A DNA stretch of 64,000 nucleotides from Gekko japonicus (Eukaryota), in the NCBI RefSeq assembly GCF_001447785.1, contig NW_015172017.1, positions 37,717-101,716 on the forward strand, in the 5' to 3' direction. The notes beneath the pieces are model-generated. The model saw nothing but the letters and a program-made list of their open reading frames with translations, was not told the DNA's origin and ran no database searches. Shown one piece after another: positions 35,001-46,186 of the stretch (position 1 is its first letter; each line of letters starts with the position of its first letter). A program made the translations under genes and the position numbers.

Positions 35001-37018
35001 CTTAGCCTGTCTGAAACAGCAGCGTGTGAGTCTGGGGGCTGAGCTGTGGGCCAGAAAGTGATGTCATCCCCCTCACCCCAATTCAGCCCTCGCCTTTGTT
35101 GTAATCTGCTGTCTCTTTACAGGATCAGTTTGCGACGAGAATGTGCAGTCTTTTGAGTTTTCACAGAACATTTCGCCAGAGATGCTGAAGTTCTCTGTGT
35201 GCCTCCAAAGCCTGCACACACCTGAGTTTTTTTAATGCAAAACAATCACGTGATGTACTTTGCACCTTCTGCCCTTTATTATCGTTTGTGGTCGAATGCC
35301 ATGGAACTGATCCACCAATAGCAGAGCTTTTCCCAGCTGCAAGGAGCCGTCCCCCGGGGCAAGGACTTTCTTGCCCCAGGGGAAAGTGCTGCCGTTGGAG
35401 GAACGTTTCCACCCATGGCAGCAAAGGTCTATCAAACAGCGTTCCGTTTACAAGCCTTGTCTGCATACCATGCAAGTTGGTTGGAAACCTCTCCATGGCT
35501 TTCTCCTTGAACCCCCTTTCTTTTGCTGTCTTTATTTTCCCTCTCCAGGAACGCCAACAAGCAGGAAATCATCAAGGCCTACCGGAAACTGGCTCAGCAG
35601 TGGCACCCTGACAACTTCCAGTCGGAAGACGAGAAAAAGGAGGCCGAGAAAAAGTTCATTGACATTGCAGCAGCAAAAGAGGTCCTGACAGATCCAGGTG
35701 TGCAAGCCCCGTGTGGCAGCAACTGGACTCCTTTTGATAACAACGATGCGATCACATCCGGAAACCTGAACTCCTTTATATATGTGTGTGTGTGTGTGTG
35801 TGCGCACATACTGCAGTTAGGTAGTCCCTGAGCATGTACAAAATAAATTCATCAAACGATCCAGAGGGACAGTGTGTTGGGTGCATAATGGTGACCAGTC
35901 AGATTTCCCTGGCTGATTGCAGCAGTTTCTCCTGTCCCAGTCTATGGGCCGGGCCTCCCAGGGTTCCCCGTCTACAGTGCCTCATCCCACCACATCACCA
36001 TCTGTGAGGTATGCTGCGGCTGCGCAGGATGAACCTTGCACACCGTAATCCCCTCTGTGCAGGGGCCAGGTAATTTGTTCGCAGCTCCGGACACACTGAT
36101 ACAAACCAAGTGTCATGGGGCTAATAGCGAAGGTTGCCAGCCTCCAGGCTGGGGCTGGAGAATTGGAATTACAACTGATCTCCAGGTGATAGAGATCAGT
36201 TGTTCCCCTGGAGAAAGCACCTGGTTTGGAAGATGGGGTGTGTGGTATTGCAGCCTGCTGAAGTGTCTCCCCAGGCCCCCCCCCCCCACAATCTCCAGGT
36301 ATTCCCCATGCCAGATTTGGCAGCCTTACTAATAGCACCGTCCAGCAGAAGGTGCACGAGCGTTAAAAATTAAATCAGGCAAATGGCACAAGCAGAAAGA
36401 ATACCCAACGGTATCCCCCGAGCCTTTCTTTTGCGGTTCTCTATAGAGTTCTCTATGCGGACTCTAATCTAAAAATGAAATCAGGCAAATGGTACAAGCA
36501 GAAAGAATACCCAACAGTATCCCCCGAGCCTTTCTCTTGTCTATGCGGACTCTAATCTGGGAGAACCGGGTTCCTTGCACCTGCTGTCACAAGCTCTGTG
36601 CACAGCTGTCAGTCACAAGCTCTGGCACAGCTGTCCTTGAAAAAGAGCCATTTGTGTCAGAGCTCTCTCAGCCCCACCCACCTCACAGGGTGTCTGTTGT
36701 GGGGAGGGGAAGGGAAAGGAGTTTGTAAGCCGCTCTGAGACTCCAAGTGAAGGGCGGGGTATAAATCCAATCTCTTCTTCTTCTTCTTCTATTCATCTGT
36801 TCCTCGTAGCTCGTTCTGGCCTCTCCCGCCTCCTCGCCCACACAGTTTTGGTTCTCTCGTGTGTTTTTTTTCCAGAAATGCGACAGAAGTTCGACTCCGG
36901 CGAAGACCCCCTGGACCCGGAGAATCAGCAGGGAGGGGCCGGGCACCAGCACCACTGGCCGTTTGAATTCAACCCGTTCGGCTCCGGGAACTTCCACTTC
37001 AAATTTCACTTCAATTAA
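10885..37018 (+). CDS. DNAJC3: DnaJ homolog subfamily C member 3-like (P58IPK paralogue), 12 coding exons, 1557 nt / 518 aa
   Basis: join(10885..11032,14269..14379,16051..16175,18662..18736,23875..24018,26292..26473,27404..27523,28934..29039,31922..32042,34008..34140,35549..35697,36876..37018). All introns GT-AG with consistent phases; signal peptide, TPR repeats, J domain with HPD, C-terminal FKFHFN. The symbol marks the family; this is probably the dnajc3b-type paralogue. Confidence 0.93.
11413..12513 (-). mobile_element. BovB (RTE) LINE, 5'-truncated
   Basis: ORF 11425-12174 MAESEEDLKSLLLRVKESAKVGLKLNIKKTKIMASG...KAMVFPVVMYGCESWTIRKAERRRIDSFELWCWRR; upstream YFCFIDYAKAFDCVDH; (AAC)n tail. 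Confidence 0.95.
13729..14000 (+). mobile_element. tRNA-derived SINE with L2-like tail (Squam3-like)
   Basis: CCAGTTTGGTGTAGTGGTTAAG...GGGAGAACCGG...TTGTAAGGCGCTCTGAG...(CTT)n-like tail. Other copies: 19302-19575(-), 29659-29930(-), 36543-36790(+), 40747-41004(+), 49170-49447(-), 58006-58281(-), and a 3' fragment at 1813-1920. Confidence 0.8.
14269..14379 (+). CDS. DNAJC3: DNAJC3-like exon 2
   Basis: LLAAGQAEIENHLEMGRKLLAAGQLAEALSHYHSAV; 111 nt, AG/GT. Confidence 0.93.
14660..15188 (-). mobile_element. Solo LTR
   Basis: TG...CA ends, 5-bp TSD CCTAG; homologous inverted copy at 46187-46979. Confidence 0.8.
15619..15812. mobile_element. hAT MITE family A
   Basis: TIRs; perfect TSD GTCCTGAT. 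Confidence 0.9.
16051..16175 (+). CDS. DNAJC3: DNAJC3-like exon 3
   Basis: IDPKNYLTYYKRATIYLAMGKFKSALPDLSKAIELKPDFLA; 125 nt. Confidence 0.94.
16591..16933 (+). mobile_element. Sauria SINE
   Basis: tRNA-like head, GCAAGTAGATAAATAGGTACC core, (ACCTTT)n tail; second copy at ~22201-22550. Confidence 0.8.
17337..17543. mobile_element. hAT MITE family A
   Basis: TIRs; TSD GTAGAGAA/GTAGAGAG. Confidence 0.88.
17720..18340 (+). mobile_element. L2 LINE 3' fragment
   Basis: RARVFSVAAPTWWNELPEEIR-type RT C-terminus; L2 tail ...GCCCTGAGCC...GGGCGGGATA(TAAA)n. Confidence 0.7.
18662..18736 (+). CDS. DNAJC3: DNAJC3-like exon 4
   Basis: ARLQRGNILLKQGSTQEARQDFEAV; 75 nt. Confidence 0.93.
19620..19949. mobile_element. 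Non-autonomous hAT-type MITE, family B (~395 bp; this copy internally deleted)
   Basis: TIR CAGGGCT(A/T)TTTT / AAAAAAGCCCTG, TSD ATGGT(G/A)CG. Other copies: 26759-27152, 31196-31592, 39067-39460, 39818-40213 (TSD ACCACCAC), 45459-45854 (TSD CGCCTCCC). Relatives at 30014-30188 and 44117-44498. Confidence 0.88.
20912..21422. mobile_element. hAT MITE family A with internal 102-bp tandem expansion
   Basis: TSD GTCACA(A/G)C; internal units start at ~20957, 21059, 21161 and 21263. Confidence 0.9.
21760..21965. mobile_element. hAT MITE family A
   Basis: Perfect TSD GTCAGGGG. Confidence 0.9.
23875..24018 (+). CDS. DNAJC3: DNAJC3-like exon 5
   Basis: LRSNPDNTEAQSQLARVSELEFSMQEARTAFQRRNYLGAISILDRAIE; 144 nt. 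Confidence 0.9.
24154..24472. mobile_element. Non-autonomous hAT element, family C
   Basis: TIR CAGTGATGG(C/T)GAACCT; inverted copy at 42168-42476 with perfect TSD CCCTAGAT. Confidence 0.88.
25606..26270 (+). mobile_element. Composite SINE-like element (Sauria-like head, CpG-rich body, L2 tail)
   Basis: Head resembles Sauria SINE up to GAGTAGATAAATTGGGTACC; ends TGTAAGCTGCTCAGAG...GAGCGGGGTAG...(TAAA)n. Confidence 0.55.
26292..26473 (+). CDS. DNAJC3: DNAJC3-like exon 6
   Basis: ISPWDPEAKELRSECHLFLGDYDKAILDLKPTTKLRNDNRGAFLKLSKLYYNLGEHEESL; 182 nt. Confidence 0.94.
27404..27523 (+). CDS. DNAJC3: DNAJC3-like exon 7
   Basis: QVRECLKLDQDDKDCFSHYKQVKKLSKQLEAAEEHVRAQ; 120 nt. Confidence 0.94.
28934..29039 (+). 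CDS. DNAJC3: DNAJC3-like exon 8
   Basis: YEEAIEKYKAAVKTEPNVAIYTTKAKGHICHCLTK; 106 nt. Confidence 0.94.
29997..31620 (+). mobile_element. 5S-rRNA-derived SINE carrying a CTCF motif, interrupted by three insertions
   Basis: 5S-like CCTGATCTGGTCAGACCTCGGAAG...GCAGGGTCGG head. Uninterrupted copies at ~50245-50480(-) and ~56985-57260(+); many other 5S-SINE copies (e.g. ~840-1010, 12930-13270, 23570-23770, 60900-61100). Confidence 0.7.
30346..31094. repeat. ~750-bp imperfect palindrome (foldback MITE-like)
   Basis: Arms 30346-30694 and 30745-31094 are reverse complements around a ~50-nt loop; TA at both ends. Confidence 0.88.
31922..32042 (+). CDS. DNAJC3: DNAJC3-like exon 9
   Basis: SKQPREAIDVCTEAHHLDPRNVFILRDRAEAYILNEEFEK; 121 nt. 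Confidence 0.93.
33689..33894. mobile_element. hAT MITE family A
   Basis: Perfect TSD GTCCCAAC. Confidence 0.9.
34008..34140 (+). CDS. DNAJC3: DNAJC3-like exon 10
   Basis: VEDYQEAKEFDGENEELKEGLERAQKLLKQSKKRDYYKILGIR; 133 nt. Confidence 0.95.
35549..35697 (+). CDS. DNAJC3: DNAJC3-like exon 11 (J domain, HPD)
   Basis: NANKQEIIKAYRKLAQQWHPDNFQSEDEKKEAEKKFIDIAAAKEVLTDP; 149 nt. Confidence 0.96.
36876..37018 (+). CDS. DNAJC3: DNAJC3-like exon 12 (last coding exon)
   Basis: MRQKFDSGEDPLDPENQQGGAGHQHHWPFEFNPFGSGNFHFKFHFN*; TAA at 37016-37018. Confidence 0.94.
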
Positions 37019-37442
37019 CCGGGCCGAGCCCGGGAGGCGAAACCGTGGCTGGCGAATGGACGCACCACCCCTCTGGCTTTGCTTCACCGAGTGCAGAAGT
37101 TAACCGCTNNNNNNNNNNNNNNNNNNNNNNNNNNNNNNNNNNNNNNNNNNNNNNNNNNNNNNNNNNNNNNNNNNNNNNNNNNTTCCCGACAGCCGGACGC
37201 TCTTCGGCAAGAGAGCCAACGTCCGAAGAAAAGGCCGCGACTCCGTTTCCAGCGGCGTCGCCCAGTCCGCCCATGCCGGTGGGGCGTCCCATGCATGCAA
37301 AGCCTACTGGAATCCCTACCGTCGATGGCGACACTCAAAAAGAGAAATTTAATCGACCTGGTCGGGGTATAATGTTCCAGCGGCTGGGCCGGGCTCCCAT
37401 GTATTTTCAAGGCAGGAAAGCGAAGTTATCTTTCTCCCCGCC

Positions 37443-38263
37443 AATAAAACATCAAAAAAACCTCCACTGGTAGCTGAGCTTTGTGAGCTCTTCTTTACCA
37501 CGTCTTGGTTTGAAGATACCCCCTTCTTTAAAAAAAAAAAAACACCCACAGAAAAAGTGTGCCATTGGTCGTCCTGTCCAGTCATCGTTCTCACACACCC
37601 TTGGGAGAAAAGTCCAGGCAGGGTGACGCGACAGGTAAGATAGTCTCTACAGCGATCGAGGTGAGAAGGCTGCGCTGAGCCCAGCGGCTGTGTCCTCTTC
37701 CGTTAACAACGCCTTTCTGTGTTGCTTTCTTTTGGGGTGGCTGACCTGGGACCCTAAAAGTCATCTGGGAAAAGCATCCTTTTTCCCAGGGAGGACAGGG
37801 CACGGAGGTTACCACCCCCATCTTGTTAGCACGTCTTGTCCAGTGGTTAAAAAATAAAATATCACAACGGGGAAGACTCTGGTATTATATACTGACGATG
37901 CCACCTTCAGAATCCTAGGGCTATCAGTTGGACCCCCGTTCTGGACCGCCGGGGGGCTTAACTCCCTCCCTTTCCCTGCCAGCCTGATTGTTTCCACTAT
38001 GACTGCTTCACGTGTGACTTTGCAGCGGAGTGGGGACCCCTCGGTTGTTAGCTTTCGATTTATTTTTGACTTTCTTTCTTCCTTCTCCCTTCCCCTCTGG
38101 GAAAGGAGGGAGAGACGCTGTCTGTTCTTCACCCCTCCCCTCCCCTCCCAGTACAACAGTTTAAACCCGGTCTGTTCCGATCATCACTCCAACGATGGAG
38201 AAGAAATGTTACGGGGGGCCGTTGCCTCCATCTTTACCGAAAGTGTCAAGAATCAAGATTAAA
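37443..38263 (+). terminator. Candidate polyA signals of the DNAJC3-like gene
   Basis: AATAAA at 37443 and 37853; ATTAAA at 38258 followed by a GT/T-rich tract. Confidence 0.5.
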
Positions 38264-38469
38264 AGTTTGTATTGCAAAACGAGCTTGTCGTCTTGTCTTC
38301 CTTTTGGGGGGGGGGCGGCTCTGGTGGAGCCCAGATCCGCAGCGAGCGATTTGGACGTGAGCCGACTGGGATTTTTTTTTGTATGCCTTCAGCTGTGGGC
38401 CTATAAAAGAGAACCCACCTTTAGTCTCAACCTATGAATCCTCCAATGTTGTTCTTATTTCTTCCACTC

Positions 38470-39062
38470 TTAGAATCGTAGAGTTGGAAGGGGACCTCCA
38501 GGGTCACCTAGTCAAACCCCTTGCACAATGCAGGAAATTCACAAATACCTCCACCTCCACACCCCCAGTGACCCCTGTTCCACGCCCAGAAGAGGGCAAA
38601 AAAACCCTCCAGGATCCCTGGCCAAACTGGCCTGGAGAAAAATTGCTTCCTGACCCCAAAGGGGCAATCAGCATTTCCCTGGGCATGTAAGAAAGGGCCA
38701 CGAGAACTAAGCACTGATGCAGCCCTTCCTGCCCTCCCTGTCATGATCTGCCTGAGTTCACAGAATCAGCATTGCTGTCCGATGGCCATCTGAGCCTCTG
38801 TTTGAAAACCTCCAAAGAAGGAGAGCCCACCACCTCCAGAGGAAGCCTGCTCCACTGAGGAACCTCTCTATGTCAGGAAGTTCTTCCTCATGTTCAGCCG
38901 AAAAGTTCTGATCCAACCTTTTGGGGCAACAGGAAACCACTCCACTCCCATCTTTTTATATGACAGCCCTTCAAGTACTTGAAGAGGGTGATCATATCAC
39001 CTCTCGGTCGTCTCCTCTCCAGGCTAAACGTACCCAGCTCCTTCAACCTTTCCTCATAGGAC
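38470..39062 (-). mobile_element. CR1 LINE 3' end
   Basis: [34 protein letters not shown] plus CR1 3'UTR and (ATTCTA)-type tail; shorter copy at 44604-44915. Confidence 0.85.
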
Positions 39063-42000
39063 TCGGCAGGGCTTTTTTTTGTAGAAAAAGCCCAGCAGGA
39101 ACTCATTAGCATAATAGGCCACACCCAACAGCAGAAACGTATTCGCCTATTAGGCCACACCCGACAGCACAGCTTGTTGGCACATTAGGCCGCACCCCCA
39201 TGTTACCAGAAGTGTGCTCATCCAGCCACACCCACCTTTTGCTTCTTATTCTGTTGACCTTGTTTGTTGTCCAAACCCAGGGCTTTTTTGTAGCAGGAAC
39301 TCCTCTGCATGTTAGGCCACACACCCCTAATGTAGCCAATCCTAATAAGTTTCTGCTGTTGGGTGTGGCCTATTGTGCTAATGAGTTCCTGCTGGGTGTG
39401 GCCAACTTGGGAGCCAGCCGGAACTCCGTTCCTGTGCGTTCCTGCCCAAAAATAGCCCTGGTCGGTCTCCAGACCCCCCCTTGCTTCTCTCTTCCCACTG
39501 TGCCAGGCCCTGCCAGTTCTCACTCTTGCCCGATTTCCTCCAGTACGATCCACGTGGGTTTAGTCCAGACAGATCCCATCATTCCCTGCACAGCCTCCCC
39601 GCCCCCACTTCCTGGATAAAAGGAGCTTGGGATGTGGAAGGGCACGGCATGGCCTGATCTTGTCACATCTCAGACGCTAAGCAGGGTCAGTTCCCAAACG
39701 GGAGAGCGCACCAAGGAAGTTTAGGGTTGCCGCACAGAGGCAGGCAGTGGCAAACCTCTGCTCGTCTCCTGCCTTGCAAACCCCACCTGGTTGCCATAAG
39801 TCACCTGTGACCACCACCAGGGCTATTTTTGGGCAGGAACGCACAGGAACGGAGTTCCGGCTGGCTCCTGAGTTGGCCACACCCAGCAGGAACTCATTAG
39901 CATAATAGGCCACACCTAACAGCAGAAGCTCATTCGGATTGGCTATAGTAGGCGTGTGTGGCCTAACATGCAAAGGAGTCCCTGCTACAAAAAAAGGCCC
40001 TGGGTTTTGACAACAAACAAGGTAAACAGAATAAGAAGCAGAAGGTGGGTGTGGCTGGATAACCCCACTTTTGGCAACACAGGGCTGCAGCCTAATATGC
40101 TAATGAGCGGTGGTGGCAGGGTGTGGCCTAATATGCTAATGAGTTTCAGCTGTTGGGTGTGGCCTGTTATGCTAATGAGTTCCTGCTGGGCTTTTTCTAC
40201 AAAAAAAGCCCTGACCACCACCAATTTGTGAGCCTGTTAGAATGGAAAGGCAGCTTGCCGTTCACCTTGAGAGGACACCACCTGGTTTAGTGGTGTTCAA
40301 CCCACAGGCATAGGACCTTCAGGGGAGTCTGCTAGTGAGCATGTCATGTGGAGAAGACAAAAGGGTCCCAGCCGCAGCTTTTCTTTGCGTATACGTTGAG
40401 AGGAGCAACAGAACTGTGAAGCAAGGTTGCTTGGGGTGGAGAGGGCTCTTCCACAGTTTTGACTCTTGCCTCGTTCCTCATCAGCCTCCCTGTCCTGGGG
40501 CTTGGCTTGTGTGTCCTGCCCCCATCTATGTCGGCCTCCACGTCTGCAATCCGGTCCTTGGTCCCAGTGAGGTCATCGTTCTGGTCCCCTCTCTTCCTGT
40601 CACGTGACTGTGATGTCACGTGCTTGTAGATCAGAGGGTTCTAGTGTGGTGGAGTGCTCAAGAGTGCTCAAGAGTTTGTAATCATTAAATCCCACCCCCT
40701 TGGGTCGTTCCTGCACCTACACGGAGACATTTACGAATTGCTTCAACCAGTTTGGTGTAGTGGTTAGGAGCGAGGACTCTGATCTGGGAGAACCGGGTTT
40801 GATTCCCCACTGCTCCACATGCGGCCAGCTGGGTGACCTTGGGTCAGTCAAAGTTCTCTGAGAGCTGGTCTCTCAAGAGCCGTTCTCTCAGGGCTCTCTC
40901 AGCCCCACCTACCCCACAGGGTGTCTCTCTTGGGGAAAGGAAGGGGAGACGATTGTAAGTGAGTGAAAAATCCAATTTGGTATAAATCCCATTTCCTCTT
41001 CTTCAGTCTGGGAAGTATGATCCCCACCCGATCTAGTGACCCTTTCAAGTTCAAACCAAAGGGAGTGTGATAATAGCTAGGAGGCCAGGATACAGTCTGT
41101 AGTCAAGCCAGGGCTGTGCTTATCCTGGGCATCTCATCAGAGCTGCAGCAAGGGTACTGGTCTGGCCTGGTGCGGGATTTGGACGGGGGCCTGCAAAGAC
41201 AGGGAAGCATCAAGCCGCCATTCTCTTGAAGCAGAGGGAGGGGGGTTGTGATCTGGAGTTGCAAACCTCCAGGCAGGGCTTGGAGTGGAGACCTCCTGTA
41301 ATTATAACGGATCTTCAGCCAATAGAGACCAGGTCCCCTGGAGAAAATAGATGCTTTGGAGGGTAGACTTTATGACATTGTATCCCCCCTCTGCAGTTCC
41401 TCCCCCTATCTCCAGGAATTTCCAACCTGGAATTGGCAACTCTGTGATCACCTGAGCTTCTATCCCCTCCTTATTGCAAATATTGAAGATCTGAGTGTGG
41501 CCAGAAGCGAAAGCTTAAGAGCTCTCTTACTCCCAGTTTATAGCCTGGAGTGAGCCAGCCAGTGGACTCAAGACCTGCCCAAGATGTTGAAGTACTGGAC
41601 TATCTCCTTCTCTGCTTGTTTGCATTGCATTTTTTTTTGTATCTGATAAGCTGCTAGGAAGAAAACGGGATAAAAATAACTCCGATAAATGGATGTGGAA
41701 AGAGGAAAAAGGGGATTAAAGACACGCAAATAAGTGGATGGTGTAATGCACGGCCCAGTTCTTTCATCATCTGCTCACAAATGATTTCTGTGTATCCAAT
41801 CATTCCCGAGGTGTAGGCATTCATGTTGTACTATGGTGGGGGAGACCCAAGTTCAGACACCCCCCCTACTCTGCTGGGTGACGCTGGATCCCTCTTTCAC
41901 TCAACCTCACAGAATAAAACGAGGGAAGGCAGAACCGTGGATATTGGCTGCCCTGGACGCTTTAGGCAGGCAGCAGGATAAAAACGTACTGCTGGGTAAG

Positions 42001-42167
42001 ACTGCACAGCATGGCCCTAATTTTCTCTCTTGAATCTTGGACTCTTTGCTGAAGAATCTTGGTTGGCTGAAATCTTTACAGGATTTGAAAGCTCAGATCT
42101 GGTACTTTCTCAAAGAGGAGGTTGTAAGTCGCAGTTCAACCTAGCGTTGGCCTACTAAGCCCTAGAT

Positions 42168-42476
42168 CAGTGGTGGCGAACCTATGGCACGGGTGCCAGA
42201 GGTGGCACTCAGAGCCCTCTCTGTGGGCACGCGTGCCATAGGCCCAGAACATCATTAAAGTGTCAAATTATCCGCCAAATAATGATAAGTAAATGAAAGC
42301 ATTTGGGATTGCTTTCCTTACTTTGTTTGGATCATCTTAAGTTAATGTAGGAGTTGTTTTTTCTAAAGTAAAACCTCAGTATTCAGGTTAAATTGCCGTG
42401 TTGGCACTTTGCGATAAATAAGTGGGTTTTGGGTCGCAGTTTGGGCACTCAGTCTCTAAAAGGTTCGCCATCACTG
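42168..42476. mobile_element. hAT element, family C
   Basis: TIRs; TSD CCCTAGAT. Confidence 0.9.
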
Positions 42477-45400
42477 CCCTAGATGTTCCTATACAAAAAA
42501 AACCCTCTTAAATTGTTCCATGATGGATTACTGACAATGGCTAATAATCTTTTTCTGAATAGGAGTATGATAACATATGATAACATGCTAAACGATGGTG
42601 CATCAAAGCAACATGAGCTTTTCGCACATTACTGGTATCCACACATGAAGCAGCCTTATACTGAATCCAGGCCATTGGTCCATCAAGGTCAGCATCGTCT
42701 ACTTAGACTGGCAGCTGCTTTCCAGGCTGAGGTCTATCGCATCACCTACAGCCCGGTCCTCTTACCTGGAGATGGCGGGGATTGAACCTGGGAACCTTCT
42801 GCATGCAAAGCAGACTCTTCCACTGAGTCACGACCAACCCCTCCCCTTTTCCGCTTAAAAAGCTCAGCTCCTGGTCTGTACCATGTGTGGTCACACTTAA
42901 AGGTCCACTGGAGGGCTCTTCAGCTGGATAAACTGACTCCAGAGTGGGGCACATCCATCGTTAGAAACCCCCCCGCCGCTCCACCCACAAAGAATCCTGT
43001 TTCATTCCTGTTTTGCTAATGAGCTCGGTGACACACTGACGTTCAAAGGCAACGATTTAATGCTAAAACATTTCCTTTTTGATATGTACAAAACATTTGA
43101 ACGTGCAATGAAGTGCTTCGTGGGCAGGGGGCCACCTTCCCCTTGCGCTCTGCAGAGGTCAAAATGTCCAGTGGCTCCTGCCGCCGGTCCTTGGGCGGAG
43201 GCCAACGCCTGCCCTGTCCCCGGGGGCTGAGTGTCTTTCAATAATACTTACCCCAACGAGAAAAGGCGCTGTTGAACTTTCTGTACAAGTCCAGGATGAA
43301 GTGCTAAATTAAGCCTCCTTGTGGGCAATTGTCAGAAGTAGAATTTCAACCTGAGCGCTCGAGAGCAGAGCCCTTGAGGGGTTTCGAGAGTTGGTGCCAG
43401 ATCTCGGAAGGTGACCTTTGTCTCTTGGCCGCGGGCTGCGAGTGGATGGCCGCCTTCGAGTGACCGAGGCTGGCCGAGAGCCCTTAAAGACCTTCCCAAA
43501 CCAGTGATCTTCTGAACAGGGTAAGGAGCAAAGATCCCCTGGGATTACAACCAATGTTTCCTCTAAGCTGCGGAGTCTTGTGAGCAAAAATTCTGCTTTG
43601 TGAGCTACTGGCATTGAAGTTGTGAGCAAACAATGTAGCTACTGCAGAAATTAGTTTGCTCTGGAGCCGTCCTTCCTGAGCGAAGACAAAAATCTGCGAG
43701 CTGGAGGCTAAAAAACTGTGAGCTGGCTCACACTAACTCAGCTTAGAGGGACACACTGAATTTACAACTGATCTCTCGATGGCAGAGGTCCGTTCACCTG
43801 GGGGAAAAGGCCACTTTGGAAGGGGGATTCCGTGACATTCTACCACACTGAAGTAACTCCCTTTCCCTGCATCCCACCCCCCTCGAGATCCACACACCCC
43901 AAATCTCTAGGCATTTCCCAACCTCGAGCTGGCAAAATTACCTGTGAATATAATGATCTGCAGATCGGGTTGCCGACTCTAGCCTGGGGAATTCCTGGAG
44001 ATTTGGGGGCGGCGCCTTGGAAGGGCAGAGGTGGTATGGGAAAGGAGTTCGGTAGGGAGACGATGCCTTCCAAAAGTCCTGCCTCCTCCAGGGGAACTGA
44101 TCTCTGTCATCTGGAGCAGGGGTCACTTCCTGTGGGAGCGCACAGGAGTGGAGCTCCGGCAGTAAGGAGACCAGGGGGCGGGCACATGCAACGAGCCCCC
44201 CCCCTGCTCACGGCAGCCCTCAGTTGGGCCACGAGGAGCAAGAAGCAGCCAAGTTGCAGAGCCCCCCCTCCCCGGCCCGCCTTCAGGTACAAGCTCTCTC
44301 TCCTCTGTGAGGGCAGATCTGCGCATCCCCCCCCCCATAGCTAGCAGTCCAAAACAGACCAGTGGAGCCTGAGCGGTGGGGGTGTTGCCTTCTGACACCC
44401 TTCCGGTGATGTCAGGGGGTGTGGCATATGCAAATAGGTTATGCTAATGAGTTACGCTAATGAGCTCCTGCACCTCTTTTTCTACGAAATGACCCCTGAT
44501 CTAAAGGGTAAGTTGTGACCCCCCCAGGAGATCTCAAGGCCCCACCTGGAGCTTGGCAACGCTATCTGCAGCGCACGTCAGCCACACACGGTGATTGCAT
44601 ACTCACAGAGTTGGAAGGGACCTCCAGGGTCATCTAGTCCAAACCCCTGCACAATGCAGGAAATTCACAACTACCCTCCCCCCCCAACCCCTTGTGACCC
44701 CTGCTCTGTACCCAGAAGATGGCAGAAAAACCTCCTCTGGGATTCCTGGGCAAACTGGCCTGAAGAAAATGGCTTCCTGACCCCAAAGTGGGGATCAGCA
44801 TTTCCCTGGGTATGTAAGAAAGGGCCACAAGAACTAAGCACTGAGGCAACCCTTCCTGCCCTCCCTCTCATGATCTGCCCAAGTCTGCAGAATCGGCATT
44901 GCTGTCAGATGGCCATAAATGGCTACTCAGGACACTTAACTCAAAATGATATGGAAACTATCACACTCTCCTTCTCAAGTCAACAAGGTCTAGCACGAAA
45001 TGCCATTTGACTATGTCAGCCAAACCTTCCTTTGTTGGGCAAAAGCAAGGGGTAGTCTTGGCCTCTATGCCTTGCTTGTAAGCCTATCAGGGCACTGTTG
45101 CTTCTTGTGAAACAGGAGACTGGAACAGATGGCCCACCAGTCGGTAGGGTTCAAGTGAAGGGTTTTTTTTCATATCATGGACAAGACGCAAGGTCAGTTT
45201 TTAGCTGCTTAGTGCCTTTTTAAGACAAAGGATTTTGCTCTGCTGTCCCTGTACAACCTTTGCAGGGCTCGGCTTGCAGCCGAGAGAATGGACCGCATCG
45301 ATGTCTACTTGGAACTCCAAGCTAAGCAGATTTTCAGCCCAGGCTCTTCTTGTGCCTCAAAAGCAGCTTCTCTAACCACTGCAATCGTCACCGGCTACCT

Positions 45401-46186
45401 TTCCCGCCTCCCTTGCTCCTAGCGTCGACGGATTCCCTCGAGTAGCAAGACGCCTCCCCAGGGCTTTTTTTGTAGAAAAAGCCCAGCAGGAACTCATTAG
45501 CATAATAGGCCACACCCAACAGCAGAAATTCATTTGCTTATTAGGACACACCCCTGACAGCACAGCTCATTAGCATATTAGGCCACACACCCCATGTTCG
45601 CAGAAGTGTGGTCATCCAGACACATTCACCTTTTGCTTCTTATTCTGTTTACCGTGTTTGTTGTCCAAACCCAGGGCTTTTTTGTAGCAGGGACTCCTTT
45701 GCATGTTAGGCCACACACCCCCAATGTAGCCAGTCCTAATGAGTTTCTGATGTTGGGTGTGGCCTATTATGCTAATGAGTTCCTGCTGGGCGTGGCCAAC
45801 TCGGGAGCCAGCCGGAACTCCGTTCCTGTGCGCTCCGCCCCAAAAATAACCCTGCGCCTCCCCCTCCCACTGCGGTTCCCTGCCTGCTGCGACAGAAAAT
45901 TCCTCCGCAAAATGGGGGGGCCTTAATCAGCATCCCCTACATGATGCCGTCACTTTCAGCATGACCCCACAGTGGCATCATCACATCAAGTGACGTTCTA
46001 GTATTTGTCCCAAACTCTATAACCACAGAGTTTAAACCCCCCGCCTTTCAGGCGTATGCTAAAGTGTCACACACACACCCCCAGCACAATCGTGGCACTT
46101 TTGGGTCACAGTGGAAGTGGTCATTGCACCAGGGATGCAGACGGTTCCCACCTCCCCCATTCCCCACCTGTTGCACTACATGTCCC

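Noticed and set aside
39200-40231. Recurrent ORFs such as FFVAGTPLHVRPHTPNVANP suggesting a gene family
   Set aside because: Translations of non-coding MITE family B copies.
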